Assembly (NCBI RefSeq): GCF_006345805.1
Contig: NC_042998.1
Location: 134,292,001-134,356,000 of the forward strand
Source of the DNA: Octopus sinensis
Taxonomy: Eukaryota
Direction of reading: 5' to 3'
DNA: 64,000 bases
The position numbers and the translations under genes are program-made. Positions 11,757 to 27,183 of this stretch are shown one piece after another. The notes below the pieces were generated by a model. That model was not told where the DNA came from and searched no databases. It worked only from the letters and a program-made list of their open reading frames with translations. Each line of letters begins with the position of its first letter. Within the stretch, counting starts at the first letter, position 1.

Positions 11757-12380
11757 CAGGAAGGAAGGAAAGAAGGCAGGCAAGCAGGCAAACTTTTAAC
11801 AAAAACAGAATTAAAACAAAAACTCTACCATCTCTCAGTAAGTTCCAACTGGCTGGTTTTTTTCTGTTGGTTGGTTGGCTAGCTGACTGGCTGATTAGTG
11901 GTTTAATTAACTCACTTGTTAATTCATTGGTTAATTTACTGACCAGTTCATTGCTTTTAAGGATTGGGGGCTAGTTTATTGCTGTTTGATATACTGAATG
12001 GTAATTTGATTATAACCTTCAAGCTGATTGGTTAGTTGCCTAGCTGACCAGCTGCTAATTAGCTTTGCAGTTAGCTAGCAACTTTTTGATTGGCTGGGCA
12101 ACAAGCTGACTGACTTCTAGCTAGAGGTTTTTGGCTGACTAACTGATTAGTTGGTTATTTTACTGGTAACTCATCAATCTACTGGACTGTTTGGCTATTT
12201 TGCCAGTAGTTGGTTGATTGATTCTGTGATCAACTGACCAGTGGATTGGTTGGTGACCCAATTAACCCCTGAGCTGGTTGGTTACCTTGCTGACTTTTAT
12301 TTGGACTGGCTGATCAGCCATATCACTTTGGTTGGCTAACTAACAGACTATACTGGCCAGTAGACTTCACCCGTTGACAG
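11757..12380. repeat. Degenerate tetranucleotide low-complexity tract (TGGT/TGGC/TAGC/TGAC-type)
   Basis: Recurrent ttgg, ctga and tagc 4-mers immediately downstream of exon 11546-11732. Confidence 0.6.
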
Positions 12381-12917
12381 GTTCTTTCTTCATTGGGGAT
12401 AATAGAAGGGGATACTTAAAAGAATTAATCTGAAAATTTATAAAATAATTAGAATTTTTTAAATGTTATTCTAAATTTAAAATGATACTAATTTATTTGA
12501 AAGAAATGCTAGTTTCTAAATGAGGTGGTGTTGATGATGGTGGTGTTGATGTTTGGATAATTACCAATCAGTGCTGAAGAATGATGATGAATGGTTGTGT
12601 CAGGGGATTTCATTAAGCTGCGTTTTGACATTTTGGAAGTGTGTGTGTGTATGTGTTGTGGATGGATGGTTTATCATGTTGAATATTTAGTTGCGTTTTT
12701 ATTCTGAGGTAGAAAAAAAATCCCACCAGGAACAAACTTTGCCTTTTATATTGCAATCAGGTTGATAAAAACATAAAAAATAGTAATAGTAAAATCAGTT
12801 ATAGTCACAACCTAATTTCCCTTAACAAACTAGTAAAGCCCTTGTATTAAGACAAAAGAACTATTCTCCCCCAATGTACATGTACATACATACGCAAATA
12901 GTGATACATGTGTAAAT

Positions 12918-12949
<32 letters not shown>

Positions 12950-14095
12950 GTAATATTTAGTGTATGCAGGCATATACATATATGCATATTCATATAGAAA
13001 TATTGTTTCTTCTCTAAAAAATTATATAGCCTGAAGAAAAGTGAGTGTAGTAGGGTTCTTGTGCAATGCCCATCACCTTTTTATGGTCTCCTTGCTTGAT
13101 GGGATAAATAATAGCTGAGTGAAGTTAGTCCCTTTTCCTGGTCAGCTTATTGAAATCTTTCTGTATAGTAGTTTGAGGTTTGCATAGATTGCAATAGAGT
13201 TTTAATGACTTGTAGATTATTATATGACAGGGTGCAAAAGTGTGTATTGTCTGTTAATAAATACAATCTGCAATATTTATATATACAAAGCATACATTGT
13301 TTATATATATATATATATTGTTGAAGTTTACAGATAAACAAAATACGTAGACAGGTATATGAACAACAAGCAGATGTATTAGTTTGACATTTGAGAAAGA
13401 GAGAAAGACTTACATTTTGAGCCTTCACTCTACAACAGAAAGGAATATGATATATATATATATATATATATACATATACACACACACACACACTCATCAA
13501 ACCCATGTTTCTCATTTATATGCATTCTATTATGCTGTTGATGGTCATGTCAGTAAGATACTCATCAACCAGCCCAGAGGTAGTCTTGTATGACTGGGGC
13601 GGCATTGGTTTTGTTCAAAGCCAAGATATTTGTTTATCAACAAACCAGTTTGTCCTACTCTCGCAAGTAGCATCTGCAACACTGTTGTAGAAGATAAAAG
13701 TCCCCTATCCACTAGGAAATTTCATTTCACTTGCTTAATATTACTAGAAGCCTGGAGATAGTGCTGCTCTATAAGATCCTTGTATATTTGGAAATTAATA
13801 GCTTTGTATTTCAAGGTATGTTACAGTTTCTAGTTACTTTATTTATAAATTTTATAGCTATAGAGAAAAAAGAATAATATTTTAACTTTGAGTCTTCAAG
13901 AATCTAAAATTAAAAAATAAGCAAATTGGCTTCTGGCATCTTTCAAATTGTATCTTTATCCATCTTTCAGTTTTTAAAATTAAGATTTTTGTTTTGTGTT
14001 TGGTTAGTTTTGAAATAGGTAGGTGTTTCATATTTCTCTTTGCTGGGTTTCAAAATCATATTCTTTCATGATCAACTGATTTTCAGGGTTTATAT

Positions 14096-14127
<32 letters not shown>

Positions 14128-14130
<3 letters not shown>

Positions 14131-15360
14131 AAGGGTAAGTCAAAACTTACATGCACTCTTGTTTCTTTAATTAAAACAAAAGCAGGGGTTGAACAATTAC
14201 ATCATTTTTCAACACAGTCTCCTTGCTTTTCGCTGCACCTTTTCCAACGGGTCACAAGTTTGTTTATTCCATCAGAGGAAAAGGTTTTTGGCTGGTCGTA
14301 CAGCACTTTGTGCACCACTTCCTGTGCTTCTTCATTCATAGTAAATTGATGATCTCATAAGGGATGTATGAGTTGTCCAAAGAAGTGGTAGTCTAAAGGA
14401 GTGAGATCTGTCCTGTATGCAGGGTGTTCCAGCTACTTGAAACCCAATTTTTCAGTGTTTCAATGCTGTGGGCAGCCATATGTGGGTGTGCATTGTTGTG
14501 CAACAATAACATTTGCTTTGACAACAGACTTCAGCGCTTGGTGCAAATTGCTGGTTACACAGTAGCCTACAACGGTGACTGTTGATCCCTTTCCAAGTAA
14601 TGTTCTGGTAGAGTCCCCTTGTCATCCCCAGAAATCACTTTTTCTGCAGAAGGTTGTGTCTTGAATTTCTTTTTCACTGGTGATTCAGGTGTTTCCACTT
14701 TATACTCTGCCTTTTGAATTTTGACTCAAAGTGATGAACCCAGGTCTCATCTGTGATTATTCTGTTCAAAAAGACTTCATCTTCATTGTTGTAGCAGTTG
14801 AGTAAGCATTGACATAAGCATCCACACAGTTGCACTTATGTGCTTTGGCAAGCTCTCTTGGCACCCATCTCACACAGACTTTATGGAAGGGAAGCTTGTT
14901 GTGGATGAGTTTGTATGCAGAATTATGACTGCTTTGCAAAGAATATTCCACTGCATTGATGGCCACTTGTCAGTTCACCAGAACCATCTCTTGTGCTTGT
15001 TGAATCTTCAAGTCAGTGCTAGAGGTTGATGGGCATCTTGCTCCTTCTGTGTGCTTTATACTTGTGAAGTCATTTTAAAAATTCTTGATCCATTCATACA
15101 CACTTGTACATGGTAGAGCGCTGTCCTCATGCGGTACTGAAGGTCTGCAATGAATTTCAGCTTCAGACTCACTTTTAGACCAGAAAAATCAGATACTTCC
15201 TTGGTGCACTCTGCCAGTGGAGCAGGCATGTGAACTCTGTAACACAAGATAGTAAAGTGGACCAACCAAGGTCAAAATTCAGTTATATAACCATGAGAGT
15301 ACTGTCTTTTAGCATGCAAGCACTTAAGGCATTGTGGCCAACCCAAAGAAAGTTTTGATG
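14128..15360 (-). mobile_element. Decayed mariner (DD34D-type) transposase element
   Basis: Minus-strand fragments: MPAPLAECTKE (N-terminus), KVCVRWVPREL, LLLHNNAHPH, HPAYRTDLTPLDYHFF, GINKLVTRWKRCSEKQGDCVEK*. TA plus TIR caagggtaagtcaaaact at 14128; only a partial opposite TIR (agttttga, 15351-15358). Confidence 0.85.
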
Positions 15361-18300
15361 AGAGTGCAGATATGTTTGATTTGTATACACATGCACACAG
15401 ATAGATAGATAGATAGATATGTGCACAAAATCACATGCAGACATATTTGCATGTGTATGTGCATATATATATATACACATACATAGATACATACACACAC
15501 ATACATTCACACAAACTTAAATATTCTTAACATACATTCAGTTATATATATTTAAATTAGAATGAAGGCTAACCTTATTGTTAGACTGAATTTGAAGTGT
15601 GAATTTGAGTGCTTCAAATGAAATAATTTTTTTCACTGTCAGACTTATACATTAAAGGATTGTTTCCTAGTATCATATGCTTTGTAGGCTGTTCTTTAAA
15701 TTAATAATACCCTAATTGTTACTGTTTTAAGTATCACACTTTCAAAATATGTTTCCAGCAGGTCTCTTATTTATAGATGTCCTGTTTATATTACTTATCC
15801 CATTTCAATCGACTGTGGATATCATTGGTAGGCTGAACAAAGAAGGAAAGTAGACAAACACCTGTAAACTCTACAAAACTGGGGTTTTTTTGGGTTTTTT
15901 TTTTTTTTGCAATTCATTCCCCAAACCATCTCATTTGTTGTAAAACAGATTGCTTACAACATATTGTTTTTAAAAAAAAGCAAATAGGCAGTAGATTAAC
16001 AAAATTTGCTACAAATGAGCAAATGCCACCCAGGTCAGTTTTGTTGTATTGTCTTGCAAGATTGATAACACACACACACACATATTAGAAGTACTAGAAT
16101 CAGTTAAGTAAAACCTTGAAGATGGTTCTCCAACATGGTTGCACTCCAGTGGCTGAATCCATCGAAGAAATAAGAGAAAAACAACAGAAAAGAAATCCTT
16201 TTACATTAGATATTATATAATTTCTAACCTCTATTCTTGTTAACATTTCACCATCAAACTGTTTTGTTACTTTATAATGTTAATTAAAGGGCTGGCAGAG
16301 CTGCAGATGGCCAAATCAATCAGGTACTTAATTGTCAATCAACCCCCAGATTGAAGGCTTATAATCTGCTTTTAGTGTTACACTGTGCTATTTCTTTTAG
16401 CTGTAAATAGGTACTCCAAGATAGTAGAGTTCACTGCTCCAACAATGACTTAAATTAACTTGTAATTAATTAGCTTATAATACCAAGTTTAAAACCATAT
16501 GCAAGTATGATAAAAAAAGGAGTTGTGTCCCACAAATCTTATCATTCTTTACAAGTATATCCTATCAGCTGCTAATTTTGCATTTTACTCAGAATTCAAT
16601 TATATTAATCTTAATTGTACTAACAAAACTTATGAACTTGGTTTGATGATTTCATTTGTCAAAACTCTGGTTGCCATTTAGAAATAATTATTAATATTTA
16701 GCGGATGCTAAATGATGATGATGATGATGATTTCATCTGATATGTATTTTGTATACTGTTTTGGTAAATTCTCATTGAAATTAGTGATGCAGTCTATAGC
16801 ACACCTGCACAAGCCTTGACCATTAGCTGCCCCATAATCAGTATGGAAATTTGGCTTGAAATTGAGTGGTCTTGATGAGAAGTACTATTACAGCCAGTGT
16901 TAGGAGAGGTTATTCATTCAGATATAAAATTTAAAAATGTCGAGTTTGCATGATTAATTCCTCTATAAATATTAAAATGTATTTTCACACATGCAAGCAT
17001 AAAACATGTGTGGATATCAGAAAATAAGAAGTAATCACTTTGGGAGTATGCTTATTATACTATCAGTGTAGAGCAATAAACAATTTGACTCATATAGATA
17101 ACATATAGCTACTGGCTTGGGGAAATAGATATTGAAATGATGTTGAAGTGTTGTGAAGTTGTCTCCTGAGATTGCTCTCTAAAGTTTCTGGGGACCAAAA
17201 TATTAGCTGATACATGCAACAGAGTCAACTGCACTCATATTAAGTATTAAGCATCTACATCCTGAGGGGTTCCTCCCACCCAGGAGACTGCATAACTCTT
17301 GTTTCATGGCATGATGTAGATAAGTGAAAAACGTCCATTTAGATAGGTTATCAGATGATCCAGTACCGGTTCCTGACTGTTAGGTGAATTGATGTTACAT
17401 AGAATAAAATGCTCATAGTCCAATACATTATATACCCTGTCATCTTCCCTCTACACATGCTGGTATAGACTTATAAGTGGATGACATAATATTACTGTTG
17501 ATAGCTGAGGATAAATGAAAATGAAGAAATAGTTTCCCCTCCCATTAAAACTTGCTATGAAGCCTTTGCACTATCTCTTTGAAAGTTAAGCTTCATGAAT
17601 AAGCTGAAAGAGTACTGAGATGTTTGAAAATGGTCTCTTTTATTCAACCCATGCTAGCATGAAATAAAACTGAGATGATGATATGTTACTACAGGAAGCT
17701 CATAATGAAACAAAATGAGGTGTTCTTTATTGAATTAAGATAGTATAATTATGTAATTTACCTGAAATATGATATAGGGAGAGAGATGAAAACTTCAAAA
17801 TTCAATAAAATAAAAATGAATTTGAGTATTTTACTTAACAATCCCATATCACAAACTGAGAGATTTGAATCAATCATTCATCATTCTCTCATACTTATAA
17901 GTAAATGTATATTTTTGTTGTTCAGCTTTAAGTTGGCCTTATGATCAAAAATATTCTAGTCATAACTACCCTTGTGTATTTTTTCATAGACAACATTATG
18001 CATTGTTGTAAGGGGTGATTTTGAGAGGAATCTACTTTTATTTTTTGCTGGTTGACTGACCATGTAGAAAATTACTTGGCTCCCATTGTTTGTGTATGTG
18101 CTATCTTTTATCAACATTTATAAGTAAATTAATATTCCCCTCATGTTCATTGAGGCAGGTATTAGTTATTTCGTGTCTTCTTGATGAAGTACAAATGACC
18201 TCAGTGAAAGAAAAAAATTGAAAGACAAATTTGTTTAAGTCCAAGCTGTCTTGCCTCAGGAATCAACGGTAAATACGTGCTATGTGGCTGTGTGATTAGA

Positions 18301-21300
18301 TATATATTTCACATCAAACGTTCTAACAGAAATAGAACTTCAATCTCTGGTCAATAAATAAATCTTTAATAGCCAGCTAGTTGGCTTTTGTTAAACAAAA
18401 TGCTGTCTAGATACCTTTAATTAAATAGAATTTTACTTGTGAAGAAATTTATCAAGCAACCTTTCAGCTTAGTTTTATCAATTTCACTAAGATCAGTTGA
18501 TAAAACTTATATTATTATTATCAAGTACAAATATACTAGCTCCTACATTAAAGTACAAAAGTTAAATGATTTCTGATATAAAGTGGTATTAGCTTACTTG
18601 ATGTAAGCCAAGAAGTTCTAAGTGAAATTACATCTTTAATAATGGGAACGCTCATTTTCTAAGTTTCTAATTCTCATGAAAAAGGAATTGGGAGACACTC
18701 TAAGATTTTAATTAACTAAATTTAATTAAAATGGAATGCAATGTAGAGTGAGTTTGATATTTAGCAATATGGTGATGACTTACTTTACTATCTGTTAGAT
18801 TTTGAATTAAAAATAGTTGTGTTAGAACAGTGTTTTTGAAATGAAAACAAATAATTGGTATTCTTTTTTTTAAAGGTTGTAACATAGGCAAAAAAAAATC
18901 AGTCAGTAAGTGGCTGGTTTTAGGAAGAGCATCAAACCTTAGAAACCATTCCAATGCAGACATTTGAGTCCATTACAGTCCTGGACCCATTGGGTCTTAT
19001 CAAATTATCCAATCCATGCCATCGTGAAAGATGGATGTTAATAAATGAGGATGATGTTGCTTCACAGGTTAAGGAATTATAGAAATGAAATAGTTGAATT
19101 AGTTAGGAATTGGGCTGCTTGCCCTGGGTTCATGAGTTCAAAACTTGCTTTAGATATTCCATTATATTTCTGGACAGAACAGCTTATTCTACATTGTTTT
19201 GGTTTACTTAGCTGTTGGAAATACTTGACCATCTGAGATTTTAAATCTGTAACAGAATGGTGTCCTGTTCAGGAGATATATATCTCATCTACTGCATGCC
19301 ATGAAACTGGAATAACTTTTATTGCTTAAGAGGCATTTTATACTAGATAAAGGAAAGTTTAACCTTCAATTTGATTGGTAGTCAAGACCTTTATTGAAAT
19401 TAGTACTTTAATAAATTACAATAGTCCATACAAGTGGTACTTGATTTTTGTTTGTCATTGAGAGATGAGTGGTAAACTTCTCACTGGATAATATCCTAAT
19501 CTATCACAAATAGCTTGTCTTATGAATGATTCTTTTCCATTCTTCATTATTGTAAACTGTTGAAAGTTAAATTGACTCAAAATTCAAAGAAATGTATGTT
19601 TATAATGGGAAGTGGGTTCCAGCCTAGATAGTTTGTTGGTTTATGAAGTAGCAGCTTATATTTTATTCATATTGTGGAATGAGACTTTAGAAAAGCTGCT
19701 ACCTAAAAGGAATATACTTAAAATAATCCATAAATTGAGCAAACTTATAGCCCAGAATTAGCTAATCAAAAATACAAATGATCATTTAATAGTCTTTGTT
19801 CTACTTTTTAACTGTTTTCATAAGTATACCACTGTCACACATCTTATCTGATCTTAAATCTTTGCATGATCGATTCCCAAATTTAATCAAAGTGTAAATA
19901 TCTTGTCAGGCTTTTGACCTGATATGATATAGTGCTAGTGGAAATTTAAGAAACTATTCTGCTACTAATAAACAGACATCTACATTAATTTCAACTAAAA
20001 TTACTTTGAAATAACTCTCAACTATCTTAAGCATGAGAAGAAATTATGTATAATAATTAGGATAATATCAAGCAGTAAACTTTGGACAAACCCAGTCTTC
20101 GTCTATGATAAGTGGAAATCTAGACCACTGTTGGTGTTATTTTCCATCTTGGTGCATAAATTGTGCCAGAATTTAGACCAGATAGGTTTCACTTACAAAA
20201 GTTGTTTAAAAAAAAACATAACAAACACTGCATTGGCTAATGCACATTTCTAGTGTGTCCAAACAGTTAATTCTGAACTAAAAGATTGCTCAACTTTATT
20301 TGAAAAGAGTTATTCAATGAAATTCAAAGTTCAAAATGCTGATATTAATCATGATAAAAGAGAAAGAATACATATAATTATCATTTTCTTTTTTCTTTAT
20401 CTAGTTGTTATATGATTATCAGCAGCTTATTTAGACTTTAAGCTTTTTTAAGTTAGTTTTTGGTTATATTTGTTCAGATAGATGACAATGAATGTAAAGA
20501 CAAGAAGAATATATAAATAGTATACATGAATTTTTCAGTATAATTTTTAGGTTAGTAGGAGACACATGCTACTTCTAACTACTTTGCTTTATCAATCTTA
20601 CTAATATGTTAATATAACCTAATTTAGTGAAGATCTAATTCTAGACAGTTCTAAAGACTTGTTATTTTTAGATATTTAGAAATGAATGATTGAAAGAATC
20701 AATGAATAGTAGTTGTAGCATGCTACAATAGCTATGTAATGTTCATGCTTTTTTTTAATATATACAGGAGTAAGTATCTGAGTATCATAGCATTAATAAA
20801 TAACTGTTGCATGAAGCAGCATGTTGTTTTGGTGTGAAAGTGTCTGCAGGATAAATCTAAGGCTTTAGCAAACACTACGTGTGAAAATTAAGTTTAATTA
20901 AAACACTATAGTATGAATGGCATTGTTTCTGCAGGCAAAAGCAATAATTAAAGTGGTGTAGAGATGTAATGTAAATGTCTGCTACAATATGTGTCCTGTA
21001 AAAGAGTGCTATATGTTAATGATGAAATATATGTTAGAAGTTAACAAAGAAAGACTTCAAACGAAGGGACTAGATGAAACCTGACCATGTTGGGTCTCTC
21101 AGACAGGGGTCAAGAAGCCCGCGAAAATACTTAATTGCAGATCCATCCAGACCATGTTTGTAATGCATATAGAAATTTAGATTTTGTTAGTAATAATAAT
21201 GAAGATGATATAAAATATCAAAAATACAATTCTAAGTAAACTGTTTAAACCTGAATGTGAAATGATTTCTAACATGTATAAATTCTTTTGGCTATTGAAT

Positions 21301-23555
21301 AATTTTATGAAATTTTAAATGAATTATATTTTCTTGCTTATTAGCAGTGAAATATTAACTGGGACGAAAGACACAACTTTTTGTCTTTAATAGTTAATTA
21401 AATTGGAAGCCATTAAATGTTTTCTTTAGAAATAGAAAAAACTGTCTTTTTACCAAGCTGTTTACATAAATTTTTAATAAAATCTGATCCACCTCTCATC
21501 AGAAATATATGATGTGACACATAATTGCTCTTATACACATAGCTGTGTTCAAACATGCAAACACACACACATTCTTTTATTATCCTGTTAGTGTCCTCTT
21601 TCATATACACTCACTGAAATACTAAAGAAAATTCCATGACAAATATGGAATGCAATATGATAATCCTTATTATTTGTATGTAAATTATTGTTTTTAAGAT
21701 ATCTGAACAAGTAATATTTACAGTGTCTCCAAAGCTAATTACTTGACCTCAAAGTATGTAACGAAAACTGGAAACTATTTCCTGAGGCAAAATGAAACAG
21801 ACATAAGGAGACTAATGTATAGCAAGGCTAATATTTCAGACAAGGCTTTTGTTGAAGAAGAAAGAACTCTCTCTACACCCCACCCCAAAAGTTAGTTATT
21901 TCTCTTTCTAACCTCAATGTATAACTAACCTGGAGGTACAAAAGTAGGTCATCCATACAGAACAAAGCATGGGCCACAATGTTCATGTATTAAACCTCTT
22001 TGGAACCAATCACTTACATGACAGAATTTGTGCAGTGTAGTTTCAGAACATACTGAAGTCATGTATATCCGGTGTCCCATAGGGTCTGCGATATGGTAGT
22101 TGATGATTCTCACTATATATCAAACCAAGAGTTGATTGTATTTGTTTTACAGTAACAACAACAATTGTCATAGTAAATGTTGAGCAAATGGTTTAAACTT
22201 TACTCCAGACCCTAAGATTGAAATTACTTACATTTCTGTATTTTTTAGATGAGTTATTACCAAGAGTAACTTCTTTTAGTTATAACCATTAGTGATAAAC
22301 AACATTTTCAAATATCTTTAATTGCCATATTTCTACACATATCATTATCCTCATAAAATTCCATATTTCCTTGATGACATGGGTTAGATGGGTCAGCTGT
22401 AAAGCATATTAAAACTCACTTTCATCTTTTACTGTCAAATATTTGTAGTTTAATATACTGAGAACCCATACCACTTCTCATGTCTCGCCAAGTTCTCTCC
22501 CTCACAATTACCCTCCATTGTCAACATATGGCACTTTTTCACTCATCACTCATTTGGTATATTTAATGTCTGTTCAATATTAGTTGATTACGTTCTGAGA
22601 TATTTTACCTGTTTCCATTCTACTTCATAAAGTATGCGTGCTAATATACCTCTAGTTGAGTATTTCAATATTCACATTCCCCACTCACTTCACTGTTGTT
22701 ACAATGTAATATAGCCAATCATAATAATCTCTTGCTTCCATTGTGCAACTGCTATACAATATCCCCAAATTGTATCCCATTTTCTTCACCTCCATTCTTC
22801 CAATTCCTAAATGAGACTAACTGAGAAGAGACAATTTCTTTAGCCATAGTAGAGTGAACCCATCTAGAATGTTCAGCACTTCAGAATAAACCATCCATTT
22901 TTACTCTATCATAGAAAAGATATATAACTTCATAAACTACTGTAAAAACTATTGACTCAAGGGAGCAGAAATATAAATTATAGAGCAGAGAGAACTCTTC
23001 ATCCCACAATGCTTGCATCCCTACAGCTGGTAACTCAATACATACACTTAGCTCACTTTGTTATGGTTAACTATATTGAAAATCATCAATCAGTTAATCA
23101 TGCTGAACATTGGCTCATTATGTGTGTGTGTATAATATTATGCTTCACGTAAAATGCCACCAGGCTACTGACATAATATTTGTTGACATTTCTTTGTCAA
23201 CAAATCATTCAGTAACTCTGCACTGCTTTAATAATATCAATAATGTTCATTCATCTAACCCATGCTAGCACAGAAATATAGATGAAAAGCAAATGAACGG
23301 ATGTCTCTGTCTTCAAGTAATCATTCATTTTAGTTCATTGTGTGTGTGTGTTTGTGAAACAGCCATGGTTCTTGTGGAGATTGAGAAGTTTAGTAAAAGT
23401 ACAGGAGAAAGATTTATATATCTCAAGGAGAGGTATATTCATTGTGATGTAATTGATAACACATTAACTCAGCAAGCAATAGGCATATGGTGTGAGTCCC
23501 CTCATTTACTCGTTAAAACTCCTAGCCATTAATTTATACATTTTTCTGTAGGCAT

Positions 23556-23696
23556 AGGTGTGTGGTATCCCCAACCATATGGTTCTGGGTTCAGTCCTAT
23601 TGCATGGCAGCTTAGGCAAGAGCCTTTCATTATAGCCCTGGGCTAACCAAAGCCTTGTGAGTGGATTTGGTAGATGGAAATTGAAAGAAATCCATC

Positions 23697-23741
<45 letters not shown>

Positions 23742-23745
23742 CTAT
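23556..23745 (+). mobile_element. tRNA-derived SINE copy with (TA)n tail
   Basis: ccaaccatatggttctgggttcagtcc...ctaaccaaagccttgtgagtggatttggtagatggaaattgaaagaa followed by (TA)n. Confidence 0.7.
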
Positions 23746-26700
23746 GTATGTGTCCTTGTCTGAGTGTTTCTTTCCCACCACCACTTGATAGCCAGTGTTG
23801 GTTTGTTTATGTCCCTGTAAATTAGCTGGTCATCAAAAAGTGACCAATAGAATAAGAATTAGGCTTGAAAAAAAAAGCAAGTACTGGGGTTGGTTTGTTT
23901 GACTAAACCCTCCAAGCTCATGCCCCAGCATGGTCACAGTCCAATGACCAAAACCTGTAAAAGATAGGTGTGTATGTGTCTTTGTGTGTGTGTAGGTGCA
24001 GTATGGCCAAGTGGTTAAGATGTTTGCTTCACAACCACATGGTTCTAGGTTCAGTCTTACAGCATGGCATCTTGGGCAAATGTTATTTTCTGTAGTCATA
24101 CCTTGTAAATGAAATTGGAAACTGTGTAGAAGCTTGTTGGGTAGATTGTATCTGTAGTTTGAAAGGTACAGGCTTATTATCAAGCTGATTATACTTAAGA
24201 ATTACATTAAGAGTTGGGTATTCATGTCTGTGAGTGATTCTTTAGTTTCCCTCCTATATTTGTTCTTAATACACGTCCATAACAGATGTTATTTCAGGAT
24301 AAATGCCATGCAACTGGCCTATCAGTGTATACACATTATGTATGATACATAGATACACATACATACATACACACACACATACATACATGCATGCATAATC
24401 ACTAGTTCACATCTGTTTTTCTATACTAGTTCAAGTAGGGAATGGAACAATTATTTTACATATAGCTACTCTTACAACTGTTAACTATTCCATTATAAAA
24501 ATGGAATGAGTTTCTTTTTATTTTTTATGTCAGCCAGTTAAATAATGTGCCTTACTCAGGATTATAAAGCAGTGCTTGCTGTAAGATTTGAACAGACAGT
24601 CGTGTTAGCATTAGTCCAACACTAATCTTTGCAGCTTGTTATGACCATTTGCCCCATATATAACATTATATGATCAGTTTAGTAGTGAATTAAGTCTAGT
24701 CTCCCATGTAACAGATGGAGACACATAGCACTATGTGCTGTCAAGTCAAGAAGAGTATGGATGTTTGTGTATTTGTGTATCTATATATATATATATATTA
24801 GATATTTCTTTGTAAATGGGAATGGGCAAGAATAATCCTTAGTTGAAATCATCTATAAACCACAAAAAGCATTATTATTTTTGCATCTATATAGAGTAAG
24901 TCATATTTCAATTCACATTGGTTTTGGGGTTTTTTAACCTTGTGATAGACTTTAGTGCTTAGTGTGTGAAAGGTATCTATCAATATTTATGTACGTATGC
25001 CTGTGTGTTCAACACCTCTCCAATAACCAAAGTACAACATAAGTTTTCCAGAATAGTTTTTGCCTGAATTATTATGTTATACATTATTGTTAATGAAGGA
25101 TTTGTATAATTATATTAGTTTAAAGTGTTTTTTTAATTCCAACAATATTAATCTTGGAGAAATGCTTATATATATATTTAAACTTATTTAATAATTTTTA
25201 TCATATAATATGCATATATATGCGTGTATATGTATATAAAGCGAGAGAACTTTTCTTCCTGTGACGTTGTTTAAGGGATTAGCTGTCATCCATTAAGCAA
25301 AAGTAAAAAAGAAAATAATAATATATATACTCATTTATATAATGTAAAGGACAAAAATAAAACAAGATATATTTATATATATGAAGTACCATCACAAGAA
25401 AAAGGAGGTGTCTGTCTATTGCAGCTGACTTGGTCTGTATGATGTTGTGTATATACGTGTATGTATGTAGTCTAAACAAGATTGTCTGTAGGGATGCTTC
25501 TATGCATGCATATATATATATAAAGATTGCTGCATGTGCCTGTTTATCATCTCTCCCCTTTTCCTACTTTTTATTTATTTATTTATTATTATTATTATTA
25601 TGTTTTAATTTCCATGTGTAGAATTCATTTCTCAAAGCTGATAGCAAAATATTCTCTTTACAAATCTGACAAGTATTCTTTGCAAAACACTATATATCTG
25701 ATTGGAATTGCTTTCAAGATCGGTTTTCATTTTATTTTGATTAAAGTCTCTGTCTGTCTCTTCCCCCCTCTCTCTCTCTCTCTCTTTCTATCTCTCTTCA
25801 TTTCTCTCTATCTGGTATTTTACTGGCTACAGCTCAGCTTCTGGAAATGATCTTTATAAAATATTGCTTTGCATCCATGCATATCTCCTGCACTCTCCTC
25901 TCTCCTTCTCTCTTTCATCTCTGTCTTTCTCTTCAACAGAACTGTACCATCAGTTTGAGATTTTCTTGTCCTTCACCTACATTTACTCTCAATTAAAGTG
26001 GAATTTTCTTTTTTCACCAGACAATAAGACTTTATTTACTAATTTTTTAAAACTTTATTCAAGGAAAGCTCATTTACTTTAAAATTTTTATTAAATGATA
26101 GCAGGATCAGTGGGGTACAAGATGGAATGCCTTGCAGAATTTAGTTGTGTCATTTTACTCTCTGAGTTTAAACCCTACTAAGGTTGACTTTGCTTTTTCT
26201 CCTTCAGGGTTTGATAAATTAGCTATCAGTTAAAGTATTCACCCGTTCCTAAAATTTGTGATCTTGTATAAGAAATCATTATTATCAATTTTATGAATGT
26301 AGTGGAGTAACAAAATAATAGGGTGTTTAACTAAATAACTTGTGGTATTTATTTTATTTGATTCTTTATGCTTTGAATTCAAACCACTTTAAGGTTGACT
26401 TTGTTTTTTGCCTGTCCAGAGTAATAACATACCGTGTTGGATTGATTCATTTTAGCTATACTTTTTTCTCCATAAAGTTGTGGCCCTTACTTATATAAAA
26501 AATAACCATTAACTCTACTCAAATGCAAAGGAGTAGAAGAATCAGTAGTGTGTTGGTCCTACTGTCTTATAGTTTTTAGTTATGCCTCACTACATTTTGG
26601 GTTCAAGTACTACACAGGTATTGACTATACCTTTCATTTCTATGGGGTTGATGAAATAAATGCCACCGAAGTACTGGCTTTGATTAATCTAGTCTGCCTC

Positions 26701-27144
26701 TACTTCTTAAAATGCAAGCCTTGTTCCAGATTAGTGAACATTAACTTTCTTCATGATTATAGATATACATCAATATTTTCCTTCTGTATATCTCACAAAG
26801 AATGAACTATGTTTTATTAGAAGTATATTAAAATGATCAAATAGTCAAGGCTTAACCATTTTCCTCATGAAATATGCAGCCCATGTGTTGAAATTTATTT
26901 GGAAATTACTAAAATATTTGGAGAGATTTACCAAAATTGCTAATTCTTTTCGTTATTCAGCCAGTGATTCAGACATAACACAAGATTCATACATAAAAAT
27001 ATAATAAAAATTTCTTATTTAAATAGGAACTCTTTACTCTAAGAGGCTTTGATTCATAGAACCAGAGGTAGCCCCAGCTATGCCAGTATCAAAAACACTA
27101 AATCAATATTCTGGAAAATGATTATTTTAAAATGAGTTCAAAAC

Positions 27145-27183
<39 letters not shown>

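Noticed and set aside
20481-20516. DDNECKDKKNI resembling the start of exon 44282 (DDNENRYEDKEK)
   Set aside because: Wrong splice phase, immediate stop, low-complexity purine-rich match; probably chance.
20535-20556. Possible recursive splice site ttttag|gttagt in the 32.5-kb intron
   Set aside because: Short pyrimidine tract and non-optimal donor; such motifs are expected by chance in AT-rich DNA.
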